This document shows, in pieces, positions 26,997 through 41,400 of a stretch of 64,000 nt of DNA (position 1 is the stretch's first letter; every line of letters begins with the position of its first letter). The translations under genes and the position numbers were made by a program. The DNA is from Blasia pusilla (Eukaryota). Location of the stretch: NCBI GenBank assembly GCA_050084515.1, contig CM114271.1, forward strand, positions 20,708,001-20,772,000, written 5' to 3'. The notes beneath the pieces are model-generated. The model made no database searches. It worked only from the letters and a program-made list of their open reading frames with translations, and was not told where the DNA came from.

Positions 26997-28277
26997 AGTA
27001 CCCGGGACTGCCAACTATCTATCCGTCATACTTTTAAGGTTGCGAGAAGCACCATCTTTGAAGCCGTCATTGGGGATCAAGAAGCATGAGTGCCAGTATT
27101 CACCCACACGGTGTCCAGGCTAGCTAAGAAGGTACTTTCTTTGGATCCGCACGATGCCGGACGCTTTGTCTCCAACACGCTAAAGACTCCGCAGTAAGCC
27201 ATTACAGATCCAGTCAACGACCTATGGTAAGCCCGTAATGCGCACGGCACTCGTGGGAAGAAGGATCTAGCACCACTTGTCAAAACTCTTTCTTCGACTC
27301 CATGAACTTCTTCGTGAAACCTTGCGAAGGTAGGTTTCATCCTAGGCTTCTTGGAATTTGCAAAAACTATGCGTAAGGGGACGGCCAGATAGCATAGCAC
27401 AGGAGGCGCAGGAATAGGCTATCTCACAAATGTGGAGGCATCGACCGCTGAAATCAATTCCAGTAGGTTCTCGAAGGACTTTTCCTCTCGCATTTCAGCA
27501 TAAGTTCTCTTGCGCATTCTTTCCACGCCGTCGAACATCTGGAGTTAATTGGGCAACCATTTTTACTGTTTTGGTGCAATGTATTTGTAGCACAACTTGA
27601 GGATGCGAAAGAGCGGGCAGTTTGGGCCATGCATGGGAGTGAAAGATTTTTTATGGCGCCACATAATTTTTGCCACATAATTTTATTTAATTTTCTTTCC
27701 GAAGAGGGAAAAAATATAGATTGGGATGTAGATCACTTTTGCCATTTCAGATTGGCCATATGGTGAGAAAGAGAGAGATACATACGGAAGTGGAGGGAAG
27801 GGCATATCTTGCACACCCGCATATTGAGCGCTTCTTCCCTCCAACCTCCATCTCGTCGTATTCCGCCCTTTGTCATTGATTATGACACATTTTCCTGTTT
27901 CAATCGAATATGGCCATCATTCAACCACTAGTTCTACGATTGTATGTGGCGAAATCTGACCACGAGCACCGCTAGTTCTTCGATTGTATGTGGCGAAAGC
28001 CCGTTGACCACGAGCAGTCTCGTGAACGTCAAGTGGTTTCTTCCGTTTCTATATCCCATTGTATGCCATCCCCTTGTTATCCCTAGTTATTTCTTTTGCC
28101 ACCAATTTGGACGACATGTCTCGTTTCGTGCAATCCTCAAGCATAGATAAGAGTTATGAGTCCCAATGTATAGTGATGGAGGGGCGAGCTCTTTTGCTGC
28201 TCGGAGATAGATTTCGAGTCTTAATTGCGAGGATTCTTTATGTAGACCCTTGGAAGAGCTGTGAACTAAGTTGAAGA

Positions 28278-29091
28278 TGTCGTGCGCCTACTCTCTTTGA
28301 ACGTTAATCTTGTTTGTTGCGGAAGCGTGCGTTCAATAGGTCACGCTTTCAAGGATGATCTGCATCCAAACACGCACTTCGGTTAGTCGGGTCTTGGATC
28401 AATCAGCGGGATTACTTTCTGAGTTCTCGTCTCGGACTCTCATCAAGCTCACTCTTCCTAGTTTCGCGGTTTACAACACGGGCAAATCTCGAAAGACTTG
28501 GGACAGACTTTCTGGTCGGTTCAGGAACCTGAAACAGCGTTTCGCGCCTAGCGGTTCCAATTGTCCGATGGACATCCAATGAGTTCCTCACCAAGACTCG
28601 CACGAAGTGAATCTCGGGTTGGAATCCAAGTGTGGCGTACAAAGTCCACTCCCTTGGATCAGGTTTGGGTTTCGGGTTTCTGCGCCAAACTCCCGTTCCA
28701 TTCCGTGCCTCTGAAACGCCGTTTGGCGCCCAAAGTGGGGATTCGTTTCCCGAGACATCTCGGAAAGGGTCCTCCCTTACTAGTACTTCTGGGGATCTCC
28801 GGGGGCCCCCGGGCCTCTCCAATTGGCCCTCAACCCGATTGCTCTCTCAATTGTTTTCGGCCAATCTCTCAGCATATACTTATGCGTTTACTAAGATCTT
28901 TGGTGCGTTGGAAGCGTCTCAAGATCAGCTTTCCAACGCACAACTCTGTTCCGCATTTTTTCTCTTAGACTTTTCCAAGAGACTTATCCAAACGCCTCTC
29001 CAAAGCGCAAACCTCGCAACGTGAGTTCCTTTGAGTTCCGATGTTTCGCTTGGCGCCTATTTGATGTTGTTTGGTTATGCGGGTCGCGATA
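28278..29091 (-). mobile_element. Solo LTR related to the LTR at 15458-16487, with 5-bp TSD GAAGA
   Basis: Termini tgtcgtgcgc...ggtcgcgata; GAAGA at 28273-28277 and 29092-29096. Confidence 0.9.
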
Positions 29092-29600
29092 GAAGAGGCC
29101 CGAATTCTCATTTCTCACCCTAGAACCAAACTCACCCTCTGAATAGTTCTAGATGGAAGTCACATACGATCGAAAATCATTTTGCACCTTCCAAGCCGTG
29201 ATGTACAAAACAACAACTTCTTTTGTTCTTGCAGCTTTTCTCCTCGCCTTTCTCTCACTTCTCTGGTGAATTCTTCAGAGCCCATGATACACTCTACTAT
29301 GGATCCATACGTCGTATACTTCCTTGATCAATTCTAAGATTTTCTCTCGCTCATTCAATCGCTCATTCACTGGTTGCTCGCAATTGCAGATCTGGACCCG
29401 ATTCTGATTTCTGGTCCTAGGCTGCATCCATAATTCAATCAATCCCAAGATCCCTGGATTGAGCGAGTATCCTCTATGGGACTCTAGGGAGATTTCTTAG
29501 GATAGAGTCCATCAGAGCTGATAAAAAATTGAGCAAGTCATAAAAAAACCTACGAGAGTTCTGTTTTGGTGTAAGTTGAAGGAAATTGCGAAATCAATAA

Positions 29601-29919
29601 CAAGGTTGCATGTGGACAAAGTCCGTGTCCGTGGACTTATGTCTGTCCTATGGAAGGACTTATCCATATGGGCCCCACCTTTCCCTTCTTTCTACTTCCC
29701 CTCACTTGCCTTCGTGTTCCATACTCCCCCATTTCTTCCTTCCTCCACCTCCACTCCCTCCTCCCTCCTCCCTCATTGTTCCACTCATCCTTGCCTTGCC
29801 TTCCATCATGGACTATAAATGTGGATCCCACCTCTTAGAACCCATGTCCGTGGACATGTCAAGACTTGTCCGTCTATGTCTGTCGTAAGGAAGGACTTGT
29901 CCGTTTTTGTGCAACCATG
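29601..29919. mobile_element. Non-autonomous hAT-type MITE
   Basis: TIRs CAAGGTTGCA / TGCAACCATG, perfect 8-bp TSD ATCAATAA (29593-29600 and 29920-29927), and subterminal gtcc/ggac motifs. Confidence 0.85.
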
Positions 29920-29933
29920 ATCAATAAGCGATG

Positions 29934-30050
<117 letters not shown>

Positions 30051-31708
30051 AGAAGATGAAGACGCCACAACAATTTAGGAGTATGAGCTCCATAAATACA
30101 CCTTCCCTCCACTGATGAGCGAATTCCGTTTCGCTTGATTATGAATGCTAGTAGAGAATGAATGTGAATAAGAGTAAGAGGGAGGTGTGAATTTTTTGCA
30201 GGAATTGGAGAATGGAGTTGATGGAACACTGATGGAGTGGTTGTTGATAGGAGTGCCGATCGAAGCCCTAGCCAAAAAGATCTACAGGAGCACAATTCCT
30301 CAATCGAGTGAAGACATGCAATACAAAAAAATAGCAGAATTAGAGCATGTGTGATCGTCACCTCACCTTAGATGATTTGATAATCGATGAAAATTATTGC
30401 TAACTGCTCGAGAAATCTACTTCACTTCTTAAACTCGAATGCTTCTCAGATGAACTGTGATTCTAGATATTTTCACTTGCATATCTACCAATTTATTTCC
30501 GGCTAAAATAGGCGGTTTCTTATCTTACCCAGTGTCACATTGAGTTGCTGTAAGAAAAATTTATTTTCTTGTGGAAGGTAAGGAACCTCCGTCATAGAGG
30601 GCCAGATGTTTCACTACGATCCATGAAAAGAAAGAGTTAGAGTCTTCTATTCGAGGGACTTCTAAAATAAAAGCAAGCTTCACTTCTTATAGAAATATAA
30701 AAAAACCTTCTTGCCACATATAGTAAGCCCCATGTTTCAATAATAGTATATATTTCCAAATGATGGTGGAAATTAGAAATAATTAACCAATTAACATGCC
30801 CATGTAAAAGTATTAAAAGTGATTTATAAATAAATAAATCTTTCAGTCTTTGATAATTTCCTCTATTCATTTTTCTTAAAAGAGTAGTAATATTTCACTC
30901 TTTTAAACAACTCCACTCCTCCATAAATTTTGAAATAACATTTTACTCTTCAACACAGGGTTAAATAATATAGGAGGTTGACAATAATGGGAAAACATAT
31001 CTACCCAATTTTTAGGGGCTACCACGGCCTACTAGACTAGTTGTCCCTCAACTTCTAAATAGAACATGTAAATCCATTTTCCTTTGCCACAACTCACGGG
31101 CAAGGAAAAAGGGTGGCTTTTAAATATCTTTTCTTTAACATGAAAGAGCTACTACAAATAGAAAATTAATAGCTACGGGTAGAAAGGAGGTTGAAATTGA
31201 CTTTCATGCGCTGCCCTCACCCAATTGGAATGCACAAGGGAGGCACATGTTTAAGAACTATGTGGGATATATATAACTCATGTGCTCATGAGGGACATAA
31301 TGATGACGTATATAAGTGCATTGCCAATGACATCATATATAAGACTCATAATAGGAGGATTTTTGAGAAAATGACCTAAAATATTATAGAAAGAATTAGA
31401 GGAAAAAAGGGGGAATGGGTGTTACATCTCAATTGCATGGAGACATGACTTGGGCATAAATTTTATCAACAACTTTGTTCCTTCATGTCAAAAATAGGTT
31501 TATTTCTTTAGAAACATATCATCAAACCTTTACAGTTGGTTCCCATATTTATATGACATTGATTTGATATTTTTTTTGGTTGTGCATACTATGTGAAATG
31601 TTAATTTAATGACGTCTTCTCCTAAAAAAAGATGAATAAATATATAGACCATTGGAATTTTCCCTCTTGCAAAAACCACTTGAGATATTTTTATTATTGA
31701 TGATCGCA

Positions 31709-31711
<3 letters not shown>

Positions 31712-31767
<56 letters not shown>
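31712..31767. repeat. Compound (TC)n(TA)n microsatellite
   Basis: Direct sequence. Confidence 0.95.
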
Positions 31768-34700
31768 GATATATCATTCAATCGAAGAGTGTTGGTGCGC
31801 CCTGCTTCCACTCTCACCTTTTGCACCAGCCATGCAGAAGGAGAGATCGTTGTAGGAAAACAATGTGGCTTTGTTGCTCATTGAGAGGATACACGATGGA
31901 TGGTTTTGGAATAATATGTTCAATTGCACATGGGAGAGTAACAAGAGTCCCCATCCAACTGCTAGAGATGGTTTGAGAGTGCTTCGAGATCCCTCAAGAA
32001 TACGGAAATCCATACGGAAAAAATATTAAATTCAAAATTTTAAATACATATTAGAAATGTCTTCTGGAAAATTCCCAAAAATTAGGTGAATTCTAAAAGA
32101 TAACTTTATACGTTATACTGAAGTGGCATACTTTTTAAGGGTTTTTTTCCCATCCTTAAGTTTAGGAATTTATTTTGTATTTTTAAAATAGGAAAATAAA
32201 TAATTTATTAGATTGATGGGGTTGCATTTCTCTTCCCGCCTTTCTATGTCTTGAGGTGGTAGCCGCTCGACGACGATCGAGTATCGTGCCGTGACACCCG
32301 TAGCCACAATGCGTCGCCAATTGTCGTGCCGTGCCGCTCGTGGCCGCATCGCACCGTCTCGATCGCGGAGCCGCTCCATCATTGGGGAGCAGATTGTGTT
32401 TTGTTGACTGAGGAGGGTATGCCGCCGAGTGCCGCATCTCATTTCTGAGTGACGTGCCGTTTGTAGCTGTTCCGTGCCGCCAATGCCGCACCGTACCGCT
32501 GGACCCGCACCGCACATCAAGGAGATTTGAGCATCGTTAGTACCAGAGGAATACGACTTGCAAGTTGGAGGACTATATCTTTACGACCAAGTTGGGATCA
32601 AGGTTTGAAATTTTTTAGGAGCAACATCGATATTTATTGTCAGGTTACCCATTCTGGTCTTTTTCCCTCCACGTGTTAGGGAATTCCGGGTATTGGGCAG
32701 TTATTTGGGGATATTGGATTTCGTGCGGATGTTGAGAGCATCATTGATGTATGGGTTTAGGGGGCATAGACCTGTGTGGGATGTCCAAAATTGAGGGTAT
32801 TTCTTGTCGATGAGATGATAGGAAAATAACTGATTTCCGCATCACGCCGCATGTTGCCGTAGAACACACGTCTCAATGAGAGAGTGTAGATTGAGTGCTG
32901 CATGTTAGATTGAGTGATTGAGTGATTACTTGCAAGGTTGAGAGTGATCACGTGAGAGGGGCATGAGCATCATCACGACGTCCTTTTGGGACTTTGAGAG
33001 GCGAGGTGGTGGACCTAAGAGGTGAGGGTTTACTCGGGGTGGTGAGAGGTTTCGAGGGTCTTCATGTGAGAGACCACCTTGATCTCCTTCTCTGTCATCT
33101 TCAAACGAGGAGGAGAGGGTAGAGGAGTGTGTTAGTGCATCACCACATAGAGTTAGTGGTCCTACCGCTTGGGAGTAGAGGACCGCGTAGGTTTCCGGGT
33201 GCTATAGGCACTATAGAGTTACACGACTTCATTGCAGAGTTTAGGAGTTGGTGTGACTCACAGCGGGGTAGGAACTCTAGAGAGTTCAACCCGTTTACAA
33301 CATGGTATGGAGGGGGCACCCATGGACGATTACCATGAGTTCTCTCATAGATATGCCCAGGAGATTGAGGTATGGAGACTCTATTATGACCCACACTATG
33401 TGTGATGGATAGAGCCATTCCCAAATGAGGAGGAGGAGTCAGGAGAGGCTACTTCCTCTTCCACCACTGATGTTTTAGGAGGGGTAACTCGCACTGGAGC
33501 AATTGCATCGTCCAGTTGGGTTCGTCCCAGGTTCAACCCCGTGGTTGAGTTCTTTGTTGAGTTACGGACGAGCTACTAGGGGGTATGGACCGAGGAGTTG
33601 CGGAACATCCATGACTTCTAGAGGCGCCTGAGTGAGAGTTTTCCTGAGGCCTACACTCGCTTGCGCCGATTGATTAACATCACTAAAGGGATGATAGAGT
33701 CCTAAACTATCCGGTGTCATGACCATACGGATTATGTCGTAGAGTATAGTGCTGGTAGAGGCCATTCCTTATGTAGGACCGTAGTGGCTTGGTAGAGATG
33801 CGGTTCCATACATAGGGTTGGGGGTTACTCACTTGGGGGTGACTTTCCCAGTAGGGCCCGCTCTTAGGTTGGAGGATATAAGGTGGCTTGCCCTCAAAGA
33901 ACGATCAATTCTTTGAGTTGAGCACATTTGCGTTGGGAGTTAGCCTTGGTAGTGAGTAGAGCTCTTGGCTATGGTGTTTCCAAGCCGACCTAGATTCTCC
34001 CATCGTGGAGTGGGTTTGGCTCGATTGTATGTGATTGTAAACGTGTTTTATGACAGTAGGTCTTTCACGGATTTCACTCAAAGAACTGGAGTAGATCGAT
34101 GGTAGCTTTGATTGTAGATCAGTAGGATCTGGTTAGGGCTGATTGTGTACTCAGCCGTGGATGTTCATGCTTGTTTCCTATGTTGGAGGTGTGAATCAAG
34201 TGCGTGGTTGGTTGGGAAAGAAGGGCCTTGCTGAGAGCTTTCCAACGCGCTGTAGATCGCCGGATTTCGTCAAGGGAGTTGGAAGTTATCAAGCATTGAA
34301 GATTCTGGTTCGTGTTCGACAGTTTTCTGATGTGGAGAGCTTGGAGTGCGGAAGCTCTGTTGAAGTTCATCCAGATCGGGTGAGAGGTTCCTATTGCTAC
34401 TTGTATTGTGATCTCATGTGAAGCTATCTGCTCGAGTGCGTGGAGCGTTATGGATTTTGCGTGCATGAAACTTGGCGGAAGCTATTTGTTGGATTTGTGG
34501 TTCTAGAGGTGTATGGACAACAAGTTTGTCTGATTTTTAGCTCGGAGTACGGAGCTCGGTTGTAGCTGAGTTTTTGTGGGGAGATAGCTATGGTGGTCAA
34601 TTGAATTCTGATCGAAACAAATTTGATTTCGGTCACGTATTTGTGAAGAAATTTCTGATCGAAATTTTGCGGATTAGCTCAAGGTCTGGCTATGGTGGAC

Positions 34701-35449
34701 AGCGGATCGGAGGGGCTGGTTGGTTGGTGACTCGTTCATTGTTGGAGAGGCTTCAAGGCAACTCGTGGTAGCTCGGGGTGAGTGGGCGTGAGAGGCGGAG
34801 TAAGGAGCAAGGAGCAAGCAAGCAAGCTTGCTTGCTTGGGGGTGAGGCAATTTTTGCAGGATTTAGGATTTGAGTTTTGCATACCTGGTCACCCATCTTT
34901 GGGCTATTCTGCCTGGAGGACGCTTAACTGCTGAGTTCTTAACTATGCCATTGTCTGCATTGTTGTAGCTCATTTGGTGCTGTTCGGAGAGGTGTTAGGC
35001 ACTTTATGCATCTCAGGTTATTGGTTGATGTACCTCTAGCGCATAGTACGGTGTAGCCTCTCCATGCAGGTGATATTTTCAGGTGCTGCGAGTTCGACTA
35101 GCACGTCATCGACCCGCGGCGGAGTAGCTATTGCGTTAGAATTGTGTGGTGGGTTTTGTGGATTCAGAGGGCACCACGTTTGGTGGATTGTGTTACCTTG
35201 ATTTCCATTTGCGATTGGAGGGTTGTCGTTGGATGTCTTGTGTTTGGATCCCCTCCATTGTGCTTCTTGCTTGCGCGCCCATTGTTAGGGTTGACGCTGA
35301 TTTCCATAGTAGTGTTACTCCTATGTGCTACTGATAGTGAGGCTGGAGTGATGACCAGTAGACCGTGGGAGTCTTCTTGTGGTGATGAGAAATTAGGTTG
35401 CCTACACCCATAGCTAGTAGAGCTACAATAGTAGAGCGACATCGACGTC

Positions 35450-38400
35450 AATTGGGTAATTTGGTGGTGGTGCGGCATCGGCGTTGGTCATCACGGAGCT
35501 GTCGGGTGGTCTGGTTGGGGACCGTGGTGCGGACAGTGGTGGTTTCACATGGAGTGGATTGAGGTATCGGCTACCTTTTCCACTTCCGACGGTTGATGAA
35601 GAGGAGGACGAGGGTGTTCCAAACACCGAGTCTTCTACGTTGTTATCGAGTGTTGCAGCTCCATTGATTTGGGATATGGACGGTGGATATGGGGCCATGA
35701 AGGGCCCACGACGATACTCGGGTGCAGTGGGCACCATTGAGTTGGAGGACTTCATGCAGGAGTTTGATACGTGGTGTGATATGTAGATGTTGCGGAACGC
35801 CACGTTGTTTACACCCTTCTTGGCTTGGAAGGGGTTATTTCAGCACTTGGAAGGACCACCCATGGATGATTACCATGAGTTTAGGAAGGACCATGTTGCT
35901 GAGATTGAGGCATGGAGACAATATTGGTCTCCAGGCTATGTGTCTATCACCCATGGTGGTATTGGTAGTAGTGCTCCTACTATGCCCCCAACCCGGCCTG
36001 AGTGGTGGCAGTACGAGCCGGAGTGGGGTACGGTGGAGGTACTAGTGGGGGTACTAGTGGAGGTACTAGTGCCCCACCATCGTTTAGCCCGGTTGCAGAG
36101 TTCTTCAAGAGGTTGAAGAAGAATTATCAAGGAGTGAAGACGGAGAAGTTGAGGAATCTTCAGGACTTTGAGCGAAAGACTGGTGAGAGTCTTCGTGAGG
36201 CATACACGCGTATGCGACGCTTGATTTCAATTACCCAGGGTGTGACTAAGGATCAGGCAGTCCAGTTTTGGTATGGGATCTTGGACAGAGATTTGCGCCG
36301 TAGGGTACGTGATGCTACTCTTATGAGTGATGATTCACCCACATTGACCCATGTGTTTGCTCTATCTGAGAAGATTGAGCTTAACATGGTGAAGGAGAGA
36401 GTGGTGACATCCGCATTCAGTAGGGATACAACTACTACTTCTCGTGTTCAACCGCCCACCTCACAGTCTCGTAGTAGTGGTGGTGGTAGTAGAAGTGGGA
36501 GTCGTGGGGGGTACACGCGACCTCAATCAAGTCCTAGAGGGACATTTGTGCAGAGACCATTGCCTTCATTTGCTGCCGGCAGGCGATCATGTTGGACATG
36601 TGGAGGTGATCATGTTAGGAAGTTTTGTCCCCAAGAGGATGGGAGACGGACTTTGGAGGATGGGCCTCGTCGGCCCCAACTCAGTGTGATCATTGCGGGA
36701 GACTAGGTCATCCTCGAGCGTTGCTTTGATCTTCATCCGAGTTGAGATCGGGCCGTGGCCGTGGTGGAGTAGCTCCAGAGGCCGAGGTGATAGAGGTGGT
36801 AGGGGTGGTAGAGGTGGACCAGTGGTTGGAGAGCCTACGGTGGCTACCCCTACCACTACGACAGTCACTATGGTCGCCAGGATTGAGCTTGATTGGAGCA
36901 GAAGTTGGCTACTATGGGTCGGGTATCTAGCGTAGATCAGGTTCGGGAGAGGGGCTTCCACCTCTTATGGAGGGATGATCTCTCTTATATGGCGAGTGCA
37001 AGACAAAGTTGAGGCATCACCTGCATTACGAGAGGAGCCACTCGGCGTCGAGCCACGTGGTGCTCTTGTGGAGTTGGACCCTGAGGGGTGAGGTTGGGAG
37101 GCGGCTAGGCTTCCCCAATCATTCTTGTTGTCGAGGTGCTTAGGACTCCATCCATGGTTCCTAAGCCAGCCTATTGAGCCGACAGTGGGGACTGAGGCAT
37201 CTACATCGCGTGTAGTAGACACGGATCGCAAACATCTAGTGTGATTGCGGATGGCAACCGGTGTTGGGATCCCCATTGTTTTCGCCACGGAGTCGATGGC
37301 TTTAGGAGTTGACTTAGCTCTGTATTTCAACTTGCAGCCACCTTGTGTGAACGTGGGGGTGTTACTGCTACACGTGTTGAGGTGAATGAGGATGTTGCGG
37401 TGGAGCGACCCTCTATGTCAGGAGTAGCATTGAGTACCAGTGCTACTTGGCAGGCAGCGGCGGCGAAGATGGATGCATTACCCGGCCCGGCCAGCCATTG
37501 ATCGTGAGAGGCTTACACTGGTGTATGTATGTTGGACAACCGGAGTGGGATCTTCCGATTGGTGAGTCCTACAGGCAGTGTATAGACCAGATAGAGTCTT
37601 GTTAGACTCAGGTGCCCGACCTTTGATGTTGGGAAAGGCGGCATGTATTGGTTTGGGTATTCGGAGGTCACGGCCTTGAGCCTTGCCCATTCGATTCAAA
37701 CATCACTTGGAGGAGCCAATGATAGGTCTCAATTCATGACACGGGAGAAGTTTTCATGCAGTTGAGACCAGATCATGCGACCGATAGCTCCCGGTTGGGA
37801 GTATCTGACGGTAGTCACATCACCAAGTCGTATGATGTACTAGTTGGAGGAGCGATGATTGTACCCGATGGGTTTTCAGATGGATTCTTCGGATCGAGAC
37901 AGCGTCTTATAGACCAGGTTGGCAGTCGAGGATGGACGTATGAGCCAAGTTCTGTGAGATTTATTTCTGGGGCTCGACCAGAGGGTCTTCCCAACAAAGT
38001 GTTAGCATCTGTGGCTGGTTTTAGTGGAGTAGTCACTTGGCCAAGAGACTTTTGGAGGGTAATGTTTCTACTATGGATTCTCTCGCATGAGAAGGTAGAG
38101 GAGGTCCCTATTTTTGCAGTGGCATCCTCATCGTTGGATGTGCCACTTTGGAGTTCAGGCGGTGCACTACGGCAGAGGTCGATCACCTAGTGCGAGGAGA
38201 GGCTTGGTGTGAGGGTCATATACCTCACGAGGAAGAGGAGGCCCCACGGTGGACTCCTACTGCCCAGCTTGATTAGGTTATCCCTTTGGATACTACACCC
38301 ATTGTATGGCAGTATCCGCCGGAGGGCATTTGTGTGTTAGATCTCTTTGGTGGGATTAGCACTGGTTTGGCGGCAGTGTTGCAGGCCGGTATTCATGTGC

Positions 38401-41400
38401 GGAGATACGTGTATGTGGAGCGAGATGAGACGGCCCAAAGAGTCTCATCCCGACATATTGGTCAGTTGATGCGGAGATATCCTGAGTTGTTGCCGCCATT
38501 AGCTATTCCTGGGTACCAATGTGCTTTACCATCACACATTGCATTGTTAGGAGTGCAGGACCTTGAGAGGGTTGGTCCTGTGGATTTGGTGATTGCTGGA
38601 TGGCCATGTCAGGGTCATACACGTGCTGGTCGTGGTGAGGGATTACATGACCCTAGGTCTCGATTGTTTTGGGAGATGTTACGGGTGTTACGACATCTTC
38701 AGGTTCATCAAGCACGTGCTCTAGCTTACATTCTGGAGAATGTTCCATTGTTGGGTGACACTCGGACCCGGATGATGGCGAGTGTTCATGAGGTGCGGTC
38801 TTGGATTGGACCAGCGGTGTTGTTGGATGCAGCGCGAGTTGGCTCGCGTGCACATCGTCCACGCTTGTGGTGGACAAACTTGTTGCCTAGGGAGGTTCTA
38901 CGTCGAGCATATGATGCAAAGGCGGCGGGATCCGCCTTCAAAGTGGATAGTATCTTGAATCTTGGCGACTTTCTCAAGTGGTGAGGGTTATTGATCGGTC
39001 ACCCATGGCGGTGGTGAACCGTGTGGGCCGACCTAGGATGGCACTACCCACATTTGTGAGTTTTCCGCGTCACATGCCTACAGGGGAAGGTGGTCGGGGC
39101 TTGTATGGGATTCTCATGTGCGGCAGTTGGTGGAGCCTAACGTTGATGAGAGAGAGCGTGCGATGGGATTTACTCTTGGCGTGGCGGTTGCTTCTATTTA
39201 CGAGGCTTCACGACGTCATGTGTTGGGTGAGGCCATGGACCTGAATTGTTTGACTTGGATTTTGAGTCTTGGTATGGCCAAGGCGTCGACTTCGGACTAT
39301 GTCGTGGGTCTTCCACCCTTGTAATGAGCTCGATGGCTACCGGGACGGTAGAGGCATCGGTCAGCGCAGGAGAGTAGTATTTTGCATCCTTGGAGTAAAT
39401 GGGATGTAATGGTTGGGCATGTGGAGTTGGTTGCTCATCTGGTGGAGGAGTTATTTGCTCGGATGATGGTGTAGCTAAGGGTGTATCATCTTGTGAGGGG
39501 GTTGCGAGCGACCAATGGCATCGTCCTCTCCCTCTAGTATGCCAGTGGAGGAGACTTGGGAGCCATTACTTGGGCCCAAGCTTACGGGGGAGGTGAGAAA
39601 CGACGCTGACACGGTTCCTACGTGCTTATAGGAGTTGTTTTGTCTTTAGCATGAAGGAGTTGGGTTCTCTGGTTGGACCGGTATACGGATTGATTTGGCT
39701 AGTGATACGCCAATCTTCCGTCGTCCCTACCGATATAGTGATATGGAGAGGGACCTGATTGAGTAGGACGTTGGACCTTTTGGAGGCTGGATTAGTGGAG
39801 TTGTCGCATGGAGAGTATGCATCGCCACTATCATGCACGCTAAAAGGATATGCATGGCAACTACACGGATAGGCGGATGTGTGGAGATTACCGCCCTATC
39901 AATCGGCAAACCAAGGCCGATAGGTATGCCATGCCTACACGAGGAGATCTTTGATGTGGTGGGACAGCAAAGATTTTCAGTACTTTGGATCTTGAGGCAG
40001 GATACCATCAATTGCCGATTTGGGAGAGTGACAAGGCCAAGACAACATTTTGGGGTGTCAACTCTCATGGCAAGGGGATTGTTTGTACAAGTGGAAATTC
40101 TTACCCTTTGGGTTGAAGAATGCACCTGCCGAGTTTCAAAGAGTGATGGACAGGATCCTAGCAAGGTTGGATTTTGTTCGGTGTTACATTGATGATATCT
40201 TGGTGTTCAGTAATACGGTGGAAGAGCATCAGATACATTTGCAGATGGTGTTTGAGCGGTTGAAAGCTCATGGTCTACGTTTGCATCCAGGAAAGTGTAA
40301 GTTCTTCCATGAGGATGTTGAGTACTTGGGTCATGTGATATCTCCAGGTGGTTTGGGAGTTCAGCAAGCAAAGGTGGAGGCTATTGCACTTATTCCGCGT
40401 CGGGTAGATGTAAGTAGAGTTCGAGCATTCATGGGATTGGCGAACTACTATCGGAGGTATGTGAAGGGATTTATTGCTATGGCAAAGCCTTTGAACCAAT
40501 TGCTGAAATCAGACCAAGAGTGGCACTGGGGAGATGATCAGGAGAGAGCTTTTGGGGAGCTTAAGGCCCAGTTGGTGGCGGCGCCTATCTTGAGGAGACC
40601 TATCAGAGGGCGCCCATTTCAGTTACACACTGATTGGAGTAGGTTGGGACTTGGAGTGGTGTTGACACAACATGATGATGAGCACATGGAGTTTGTGGTG
40701 GCCTATGCAAGTCGTTCGAATAATGCAATGAGTCACGCGCTATAGTTCATATGAGGGAGAGTGCTTGGCAATAGTGTGGGTGTGGCACACTTTAGGTGTT
40801 ACTTGTTTGGCACACAGTTTACCCTTGTTTGATCACCGGCCGCTCAAGTGGTTGATGGAGTCGGACAAACTTACAGGGAAGCTTGCACGATGGGCTCTTA
40901 TCTTAGAGGAGTATGACTTCCGGGTGGTACATAGACTGGAGTTGCCAACCTTGATCTTTGATGGGTTGAGTAGGAACCCATGTACTAGCCAAGAGGATAC
41001 AACTGGGGCTAGATGGCATGGCAAGGTTGATGAGGAGATGGTGCCAGGTTGGCATGCATCCGCCTTTTATGTTGGTTAGGGGTGGACTCTAGTATGGAGG
41101 ACCACATGATATCTTACTCTAGTCGAGAGTAGATGGCGACCTTCGATCCTAAGGTTGGAGATGGTGGTACGGATCAAGGTGATATTCATGATGATGCGTT
41201 GGTGTTGGAGTTCCTACGGACCAGTAGGGTGCCAGGCATAGTGAGTGCCAAGGAGCGAGACCGTGTTCTTCAACGTGCTAAGAGGTATAGATTGGAGGGA
41301 ACACATATTCTCCCATGTGGGAGGATGTTAGAAATGCAGTAGTGCCACATTTGGCTCAGAGAGAGCGCATTGTGCGACATGCCCATGAGGAGTTGGGACA

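Noticed and set aside
38286-38984. Bacterial restriction-modification methylase (contamination/HGT) or a host DNMT3 gene
   Set aside because: The domain is embedded collinearly between protease and RT in three retroelement copies. It has no introns, no partner endonuclease and no host regulatory domains.
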